From an uncultured Verrucomicrobiae bacterium (lineage in GTDB: Bacteria > Verrucomicrobiota > Verrucomicrobiia > Limisphaerales > Palsa-1400): a stretch of 64,000 nt of DNA. A model generated the notes under the pieces. It saw only the letters and a list, made by a program, of their open reading frames with translations. It had not been told where the DNA came from and did no database searches. This document shows, in pieces, positions 56,814 through 64,000 of the stretch. Position 1 is the stretch's first letter. Every line of letters starts with the position of its first letter. The position numbers and the translations under genes are program-made. The stretch lies in contig CAVPOM010000005.1 in the NCBI GenBank assembly GCA_963707025.1, positions 160,001 through 224,000 on the forward strand, written 5' to 3'.

Positions 56814-56975
56814 CGGCTCACGCGGACTCTCTCACAACTAATTTTGCTATTCTTTACTCGATTTTGTCAAAGGTGCAACAACGGAGTTGATCTTTTTTAC
56901 CCAGCCGCCCAAAAATGACATGCAAATCCGTTTGACTTGCCGCCGCCAAAGGCCATAATCCACCCACACCGACGT

Positions 56976-57494
56976 ATGCCAAGACTTGTCATTCTGAGCG
57001 AAGGACTGACCGGAAAAGCTCACGAGCTGAGCGCGGAAAAAACCACCATCGGCCGGGTGGAGGACAACGCTTTCCAAATCCCGGAAGCCTCCGTCTCCAG
57101 CCATCACTGCGAAATCCTGCTGCGCGGCCCGGACATCGTGCTGCGGGACCTCAACTCCACCAACGGCACCTTCATCAACGGACAGCAGCTCGCCGGCGAA
57201 GCGATCCTGAAAGCGGGCCAGATCATCCGGCTGGGACAGGTGGAAATGCGCCTGGAAAATGTCGAGGCCAAATCCGCCGCCGCCTCCAAAAAGCTCCCCG
57301 ATCAAACCATGGTCATCCCCCAGGGCGTCAAGCTGGGCCTGGACACCTCCACCAAGGTCGTCGCCTTCGACAAGGCCAAAAGCGGCTTTGCGAAAAAGAA
57401 CAACACCGGCACCAAGATTTTCATCGCGGTGGCCGTGGCGGTTTTCCTCGTCCTGATCGGGGTGATTATTTATCTGGTCAAAAAAGCCGGCTGA
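56976..57494 (+). CDS. FHA-domain protein with C-terminal TM
   Basis: TIGR...SVSSHH...DLNSTNGTFING. Confidence 0.9.
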   Translation: MPRLVILSEGLTGKAHELSAEKTTIGRVEDNAFQIPEASVSSHHCEILLRGPDIVLRDLNSTNGTFINGQQLAGEAILKAGQIIRLGQVEMRLENVEAKSAAASKKLPDQTMVIPQGVKLGLDTSTKVVAFDKAKSGFAKKNNTGTKIFIAVAVAVFLVLIGVIIYLVKKAG

Positions 57495-57581
57495 CCCCGG
57501 CTGTGGCCTTGCCGGGCCGGCCCTCCGGCACGTTTTGGATTTCCTGATCCTGATTTCAGCCCGTCCGTCCCGGGCTTTTCC

Positions 57582-58589
57582 TTACCGCCCCTCCTGCAGC
57601 CACCGCGCCGCCTGCGCCGCCGCATAGGTGAAGATGAAATCCGCCCCGGCCCGGCGCATCGCCAGCAAGGTTTCCAGTGTCACCGCCCGCTCGTCAATCC
57701 AACCCCGGGCCCCCGCCGCCTTTATCATCGCATACTCCCCGCTGACCGCGTAGGCCCCGGTCGGATAGCCGAATTCGGTCTTGACCCTGTACAACACATC
57801 CAGATAGGCCAGCGCCGGCTTGACCATCACCATGTCCGCCCCCTCCGCGATATCCAAAGCCGTCTCCCGCAATGCCTCCCGCGCGTTGGCCCCGTCCATT
57901 TGGTAACTCCGCCGGTCCCCGAACTTGGGCGCCGATTCCGCCGCCTCCCGAAACGGCCCGTAATAAGCCGAGGCAAATTTTGCGGCATAAGAAAGGATGG
58001 CGGTGCCGCTGAACCCGCGCCGGTCCAACTCCTGGCGGATGGCCCCCACCCGTCCGTCCATCATGTCGCTGGGCGCCACCACATCCGCCCCGGCCTCCGC
58101 GTGACTCAACGCCGTGCGCGCCAGCAGGGGCAAGGTCAGATCGTTGGCCACTTCGCCGCCCTGTTCCCGGCGCACGATGCCGCAATGGCCGTGGCTCATG
58201 TATTCACACAGGCACACATCGGTCATCACGATCAAATCCGGCAACTCTTTCTTGAGCAACCGCACCGTCTGCTGCACAATGCCGTCGCGGGCATAGGCGC
58301 CCGAGGCCTTTTCATCCTTCGCCTCCGGAATCCCGAACAATAAAACCGCCGGCACCCCCAGGGCGTGGGCCTGCTCCGCGGCGCGCGCCACCTCATCGGG
58401 CGAAAGTTGGAACACCCCCGGCATCGAGGCCACCGGCCGCCGCGCCTTGCGCCCGCACCGCGCAAAAAGCGGCAGGACCAACTGCCCGGCCTCCAGCGTC
58501 GTCTCCCGCACCATCCGCCGCAACGCCGCCGTCCGGCGCAACCGCCGCGGCCGGTAACTGGGAAATTGCCCGATCCATCCGGAATTCAT
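57582..58589 (-). CDS. hemB: Porphobilinogen synthase
   Basis: [37 protein letters not shown]. Confidence 0.97.
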   Translation of the reverse strand: MNSGWIGQFPSYRPRRLRRTAALRRMVRETTLEAGQLVLPLFARCGRKARRPVASMPGVFQLSPDEVARAAEQAHALGVPAVLLFGIPEAKDEKASGAYARDGIVQQTVRLLKKELPDLIVMTDVCLCEYMSHGHCGIVRREQGGEVANDLTLPLLARTALSHAEAGADVVAPSDMMDGRVGAIRQELDRRGFSGTAILSYAAKFASAYYGPFREAAESAPKFGDRRSYQMDGANAREALRETALDIAEGADMVMVKPALAYLDVLYRVKTEFGYPTGAYAVSGEYAMIKAAGARGWIDERAVTLETLLAMRRAGADFIFTYAAAQAARWLQEGR

Positions 58590-58785
58590 GCCCCCGACCT
58601 TAACCGATCCCCTCCGCCGCGGCAATCCCCGACTCTCCGTCCCCATTCGCCCCAGGCCGCGCCTGCGTCCCATCAGCCCATCACTCCGCCGCTCCGTCCT
58701 GGCGCGGCCGCCGCCGTCCGTCCCAGCCAGCCTGCGGAGAAGTTTTGCCCTTTCGCCGCCCGGCCAAAACAGTTATCCTCCCGGC

Positions 58786-59370
58786 ATGCTCAAAAAATCC
58801 ATCACGGTGTTTGTGCCGGTCGCCATGATCCTTGCGCTGTGCCTGTTCTTTGGGGCCTATTCCAACACCGGGGGTCTTTTCCGCAATGCCCGCATGGTCG
58901 GCACCGCCACCATTTTGCGCCAGGTCCAAACCCTTTCCCAATTGGTCACCGTCAAGTGCGTGCTGGAAAAGTTCGTGGATGTTCGCGACACCAAATGGTA
59001 TCCGGGCGGTGAAAACAAGGTGCTCCTCCTGGCCGACGGCGTGGTCAAAGCCGGCATCAACCTGACCAATCTCCAGCCGTCGGACATCCAGATCACCGGC
59101 AAAAAGCTCACCCTCACCCTGCCCCACCCCGTCATCACCGATGTCTATTTGGACGATCACCACACCCAAGTCCTGGAACGCTCCACCGGCATCTTGCGCG
59201 CTTTCGACAAGGATCTGGAACAAAACGCCCGCCAACAGGCCGTGGATGAACTCCGCGTTCTGGCCCTGGACCGGGAGATTTTGAAGGACGCCCAGGACCG
59301 CGCCAAGGCGCTGCTCACCGCCCTTTTCCTCCAAAACGGCTTTGCTGAAGTCGAGATTAAATCGCACTGA
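58786..59370 (+). CDS. DUF4230-like protein
   Basis: TM, then QLVTV, GVVKAGINL, LTLPHP. Confidence 0.8.
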   Translation: MLKKSITVFVPVAMILALCLFFGAYSNTGGLFRNARMVGTATILRQVQTLSQLVTVKCVLEKFVDVRDTKWYPGGENKVLLLADGVVKAGINLTNLQPSDIQITGKKLTLTLPHPVITDVYLDDHHTQVLERSTGILRAFDKDLEQNARQQAVDELRVLALDREILKDAQDRAKALLTALFLQNGFAEVEIKSH

Positions 59371-59425
59371 TCCGCAAATCCCGCTTGGCAGCCCCCGGCG
59401 CTTTTGTTTAGCTGTGGCGCGTTTC

Positions 59426-61642
59426 ATGAAGTTATACCCGCCGAACGTGGTGGTCGCGCTGGCCCTGGCAGCCCTGGCTTGTCAAGCACAACAAGAGCCT
59501 TCCCACCTTTTCGGCGCCAGCTCCAACTCCGTCGCCCTCAGCCAGGGCGACACCAACACCTTCCGCAACGGCGTCATCCTCAGCAACCAGAACTTCTTCG
59601 GCTCGGCCGGCTCGGCCGTCTTCAACCGCCGCACCGGCGCCGTCCTGGCCGAGGGCGATGTCGTCATCCTGGATCATGGCCGCATCTGGCGGGGCAGCAA
59701 CGTCCTCTACAATTTCAACACCGGCGAAGTTCGCGCCGGGGCCTTCAAGACCGTCGAGCTGCCCTTCAACCTCTCCGGCCAGTTCCTGGCCGGCGACACC
59801 AAAAACCAGGTCTATTCCACCGCCGACGCCATCGTCACCACCGACGACTACGCCAAACCGGTCTATCACATCCACGCCCGCTTCATCACCATTGTCCCCG
59901 GCCAATACTTCGAGGCGCACGACGCCACCCTCTATTTGGGGTCCGTCCCCGTTTTTTACTGGCCCTACTACCACCGCAACCTGGAAAAGCATCCCGATAA
60001 TTTCGAGTTCACCCCCGGTTACCGCAGCACCTACGGCGCCTTTTTGTTGGGCGCCTTCAACTGGTACGGCGATACCAACCTGGACGGCACCCTCCACCTG
60101 GACGAACGCAGCCGGCGCGGCCTGGCGGGCGGACCCGATCTGGTCTTCCACCTCCGCGACTACGGCCAGGCCATCTTCCGCTATTACTATGCCCGGGACC
60201 AGGACCCCACCGCTGAAGGGTTTATCGTGCCCCACCTGAAAGCGGACCGCGACCGCATGAGTTTTGATTACACCAGCCGGCCGTCCACCAATTTCTCCGC
60301 CAAAATCATCGCCAATTACCAAAGCGATCCCCTGGTCCTGCGCGACTTCTTTGAACACGAATACCGCGCCGACATCGAGCCGGCTTCCTACGGCGAGGTC
60401 AATCAACTCTGGCCCAACTTCACCCTCGACGCCATGGCCCAGCCCCGGCTGGTCAACTTCTTTGAAACCGTCGAACGCCTGCCCGACATCAAGTTCACCG
60501 GCTTGCGCCAGCAACTGGGCGCCACTCCCATTTTCTACCAAAGCGAATCTTCCGTCGGCTACTTCCGCCACGATTTTTCCGACACCAACTATCCCGGCGA
60601 CACCAACTACTCCGCCACCCGCGCCAACACCGTCCATCAATTCACCCTGCCCGAAACTTACTTCGGCTGGCTCAACGTCACCCCGCGCGTGGGCGGGCGC
60701 CTGACCTATTACAGCGCGGTGGACGGCGTCACCACCCCCACCAACGCCCAAACCCGCGCCGTCTTCAATACCGGGGTGGATTTCTCCCTCAAAGCCTTCA
60801 AGGTTTACCCGCAGGCGGAGAGTTCCTTTTGGGACGTGCATGAATTGCGCCACCTCATCGAGCCGGACATCAACTACGCTTACGTGCCCGCCCCCTCGCG
60901 CGCTCCCGCCCAACTGCCCCAATTCGACAGCGAATTGCCCAGCCTGCGCCTGTTGCCCATGGAATACCCGGATTACAACTCGATTGATTCCATTGACAAG
61001 CAGAATTTCCTCCGCCTGACCCTGCGCAACGTCCTCCAGACCAAACGCGACAACCGCATCGAAGAATTCATCAATTGGGCCATCTACACCGATTGGAACC
61101 TCACGCCCGGCACCAACCACGTCCTGTCCGATTTCTACTCCGACCTGGCCTTCCGGCCCCGCAATTGGATCCGCCTGGACTCCTCCTTGCGTTACGATTT
61201 GCCCGATCATCGCTGGCGCGACAGCGTTGACACCCTTACCATGACCCCCAACAGCACCTGGAGCCTGGCTCTGAGCTACCGTTATCTCATGAACAACGAT
61301 CCGGAATTCCTGACCGCTCCCGGCCAAACCTTGCCCGGCCACAATCTGTTCGGCGTCAGCACCCACTACCGGCTGAACGAAAACTGGGGCGTTCACATCG
61401 CCGAGCGTTTCGAAGCGGAGAACGGCAGCCTGGAGGAGCAGGATTACACCCTCTACCGCGACCTGCGCAGTTGGACTGGAGCCTTGACCTTTCGCGTCAC
61501 CGAAGGCCCCGGCCAGCCCACCGATTTCACCGTGGCTTTGACTCTTTCCCTCAAAGCCTTCCCCCGTTTCCCCCTCGGCTACGACACCGACCGCCCCCAC
61601 AACCTCGTCCGCCCTTACTCCCCCTCGGACTCCCTCTACTAA
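59426..61642 (+). CDS. lptD: LPS-assembly outer-membrane protein LptD
   Basis: Signal peptide, OstA-like N-terminus, VPVFYWPY, ERLP, aromatic beta-barrel, YRDL..W near C-terminus. Confidence 0.8.
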   Translation: MKLYPPNVVVALALAALACQAQQEPSHLFGASSNSVALSQGDTNTFRNGVILSNQNFFGSAGSAVFNRRTGAVLAEGDVVILDHGRIWRGSNVLYNFNTGEVRAGAFKTVELPFNLSGQFLAGDTKNQVYSTADAIVTTDDYAKPVYHIHARFITIVPGQYFEAHDATLYLGSVPVFYWPYYHRNLEKHPDNFEFTPGYRSTYGAFLLGAFNWYGDTNLDGTLHLDERSRRGLAGGPDLVFHLRDYGQAIFRYYYARDQDPTAEGFIVPHLKADRDRMSFDYTSRPSTNFSAKIIANYQSDPLVLRDFFEHEYRADIEPASYGEVNQLWPNFTLDAMAQPRLVNFFETVERLPDIKFTGLRQQLGATPIFYQSESSVGYFRHDFSDTNYPGDTNYSATRANTVHQFTLPETYFGWLNVTPRVGGRLTYYSAVDGVTTPTNAQTRAVFNTGVDFSLKAFKVYPQAESSFWDVHELRHLIEPDINYAYVPAPSRAPAQLPQFDSELPSLRLLPMEYPDYNSIDSIDKQNFLRLTLRNVLQTKRDNRIEEFINWAIYTDWNLTPGTNHVLSDFYSDLAFRPRNWIRLDSSLRYDLPDHRWRDSVDTLTMTPNSTWSLALSYRYLMNNDPEFLTAPGQTLPGHNLFGVSTHYRLNENWGVHIAERFEAENGSLEEQDYTLYRDLRSWTGALTFRVTEGPGQPTDFTVALTLSLKAFPRFPLGYDTDRPHNLVRPYSPSDSLY

Positions 61643-61676
61643 TCTTAATCCTAATCTCCCAAAACCCCTTCCGCCA

Positions 61677-62673
61677 ATGCGACGCCTCCTCCTTCTCTCC
61701 CTCCTGCTTCCCGCCCAACTCAGCCCTGCCCATGCCCAATCTCCAACGCCCCCGCCGCCACCAGGAAAACTCGCGCCGCGCCCTCTTTTCCGCGACCCCA
61801 TTTTCGACGCCCCCACCGATCCGGTCCTCTGCTTCGTCGCCGAGCAGAATAAATGGTTCATGTACCTACACCCAGCGCCGCGCCACTGCCACCAACACCC
61901 CGGGCGTCACCTGGGTCCACGGCACCCGCATCGGCATGGCCCAATCCTCCGATGGCGGCGCCACCTGGACCTACCGCGGCCAAGCCCAAATCGCTTACGG
62001 CCTAGACACCCACCCCGACGACTGCACCTATTGGGTTCCCGAAGTCATCTGGTTTCAGGACACCTACCACATGTACCTCACCTTCGTCCCCGGCATTTTC
62101 ACCGACTGGAACCACCCCCGCCAAATCGTCCACCTCACCAGCAAGGACGGCGTCAAATGGGACACCGTCGCCCCGCTGGATTTGCAGTCCGATCGCGTCA
62201 TTGATCCCTGCGTCATGCAAATTCCCGGCGGCGTCTGGCGCATGTGGTATAAAGACGAACGCAAAACCCCCACCCTCTCCTACGCGGACAGCCCGGACCT
62301 TTACCAATGGCAGGCCAAAGGCAATGCCGTCACCAACTTCAGCGGCGAAGGCCCCAAAGTCTTTCATTGGAAAGAAAAATTCTGGCTCATCGCCGACTGT
62401 TGGGCCAACGGCATGCGCGTCTGGGTTTCCGACGACTGCCTCCACTGGCAGCTTCAGTCCGAGCCGCTCTTCGGCTCCCATGGCGATGTTGTCGTCAGCG
62501 GCGGCCGCGCCTGGTGGTTTTATTTCGGGGGCGACCGTCCGCCGGTGCGGGGCCGCCGCACCACCGCCATCAACGTCGTCGAACTCACCGTCGCGGGCGG
62601 CAAACTCCTCCCCGGCGACCGCGACCAGCCGACCTACCTGGACCTAAAACCCATCCGCGAAGAAGAACGCTGA
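61677..62673 (+). CDS. Secreted beta-propeller glycoside hydrolase-like protein (frameshift near 61870)
   Basis: RDPIFDAPTDP...WFMY joins YTQRRA...HGTRIG...YWVPEV...VIDP...EGP. Confidence 0.8.
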
Positions 62674-62918
62674 CCCCGCAACGAAAAGCTTCCTTTTGGA
62701 GGCCGGGGCGTTACAGTTTCCAAATGAAATGGAAGCACTTTGCGGGCGCCGCCCTGTCGCCTTAGCCCGGCTCAGTGACTGCGCTCGATCGTGCGTGCAA
62801 AGTGTTTGCGTCGAATAACTTCCGCAAGCCGGCAAGCTGCTTCGTCCGTATTCATTTGGCCCTTTTAAGACACGAACAACTTGGTGTATATGGATTGTGA
62901 GGCGGCCAGCGAGCGTGT

Positions 62919-63299
62919 ATGGAATTTTTAAACTATTCATCAGTTCCGTTTGAGCTTTACATCGGATTATTTGCCGCAGCGTTCGTCGTCATCGTGGCTG
63001 GCGGTGCGTTACTGCGGTGGTCATTTCATCGCCGCGAGATTGGCGGCTATTTGCTCGCAGGTGGTTTCGGTTCGCTCATCGGTTTCATCGTTGCCACTGC
63101 GCCGTTCATCTATGAAACCGGCCAGCGCTATCTCACACGGATTTTCTTTGGCTATGATTACGAGGAGTGGCCACCGTTTTGGTGGCCGAGCTGGTTGCCC
63201 TGGGTTGGACCATTTTCCGGTTTTGTCATTGGCTCGGTGATCGGTTTCGCAGCAGGTTGTTATGTGTATTATTGGAGACATCGAAAATTTGCCGCCTAA
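62919..63299 (+). CDS. Cassette-like membrane protein
   Basis: Lower GC, three TMs, stop codon inside GCCTAAC. Confidence 0.75.
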   Translation: MEFLNYSSVPFELYIGLFAAAFVVIVAGGALLRWSFHRREIGGYLLAGGFGSLIGFIVATAPFIYETGQRYLTRIFFGYDYEEWPPFWWPSWLPWVGPFSGFVIGSVIGFAAGCYVYYWRHRKFAA

Positions 63300-63395
63300 C
63301 AAGTCGCCGGAGCCAACCGCCGTTGGCGCTTTTGTTTCCCGACAAGTCGGGATTCACATCCCACATCGGCGGTGGCTCAGCTTTCTACGTTAGGC
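63294..63395 (+). other. attC (102 bp)
   Basis: Near-identical to attC sites at 43117 and 43766. Confidence 0.92.
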
Positions 63396-63399
63396 CGCC

Positions 63400-64000
63400 A
63401 TGACCTCCTTCATCATTCCAGCCCATAATGAAGAACTGTGGATTGGCAAGTGCCTGGCCAGTATCCGCACGGCTATGGCTGCACTGGCCGAGCCATACGA
63501 GGTGATTGTGGTGGACGACGCTTCGACCGATGCAACTCCTCGGATTGCAGAGCAAATGGGCGCTCGCACGATGCGAGTCGAGCATCGCAAAATCTCCGCC
63601 GTGCGCAATTCAGGCGCCCGCGCCGCGTCGGGCGAGGTGTTCATCTTCGTGGATGCGGATACGCAGGTGAATCAGGAAGCCGTCAGGGCGGCTCTTTCGG
63701 TTCTGCGTTCCGGCGCTGCCGGTGGCGCGTGTGTGTTTGAATTCGATGGCGAAATACCCCGGTGGGGGCGAATCCTTCATCGGTTTGGAGTCACGATGGG
63801 CCGGCTCTTTCGGCTGGCCGGAGGCTGTTTCCTTTTTTGCACGCGGCAGTCCTACGTGGCGACCGGCGGGTTTTCCGAGGACTTGCGCGCGGGTGAGGAT
63901 CTCGCGTTCGTTCTGGCGCTGAAGAAAGTCGGGCGCTTTGTCGTGCCCAAGCCGACCGTGGTCACTTCAGGGCGAAAGCTCAGCGTGGTAGGTCCTTGGG
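63400..64000 (+). CDS. Glycosyltransferase family 2 (runs off the window), probable cassette gene
   Basis: SFIIPAHNEE, IVVDDASTD, RNSGA, FVDAD; ATG 4 nt after the attC core. Confidence 0.9.
   Translation, partial: MTSFIIPAHNEELWIGKCLASIRTAMAALAEPYEVIVVDDASTDATPRIAEQMGARTMRVEHRKISAVRNSGARAASGEVFIFVDADTQVNQEAVRAALSVLRSGAAGGACVFEFDGEIPRWGRILHRFGVTMGRLFRLAGGCFLFCTRQSYVATGGFSEDLRAGEDLAFVLALKKVGRFVVPKPTVVTSGRKLSVVGPW

Noticed and set aside
52272..56918. Long antisense ORFs (1548 aa here; also 19482-21455, 36503-38428, 59432-61861)
   Set aside because: Shadow frames of real high-GC genes on the opposite strand; no motifs
62888..62898. ATATGGATTGT resembling half of the lexA palindrome
   Set aside because: Only one imperfect half-site; plausible by chance

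Overview
GC-rich bacterial DNA. Protein families and repeat types suggest Verrucomicrobiota (inference). The window has five parts. (1) 1-17847: a decayed integrative island at the 3' end of tRNA-Ala(CGC). It carries a 2224-aa secreted metzincin with 13 repeat modules, an internally deleted transposon, a DUF499-like fragment, three tyrosine-recombinase-like genes, excisionase-like HTH genes and a DNA methyltransferase relic. (2) 18165-35070: core genes, namely mutT, folB, an operon of ABC transporter + three SPFH/HflKC-like proteins + P1B heavy-metal ATPase, a SAM methyltransferase and two PilT-family ATPases. (3) 35259-41509: a RES toxin-antitoxin pair, then lexA and an apparent single-chain fusion of a motif-intact DinB (Y family) to a DnaE (C family) polymerase, with a perfect 24-bp palindrome over the lexA start. 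(4) 41500-47870: an integron (truncated intI, Pc, attI, 7 attC sites) plus nested MITEs and an IS630, bracketed by diverged direct repeats. (5) 47831-64000: gltBD, hemB, lptD and others, ending in a second attC-bearing cassette locus. Many single-base frameshifts, some at homopolymers, suggest long-read assembly errors, so frameshifted genes are not necessarily pseudogenes. All calls come from reading the sequence; no searches were run.
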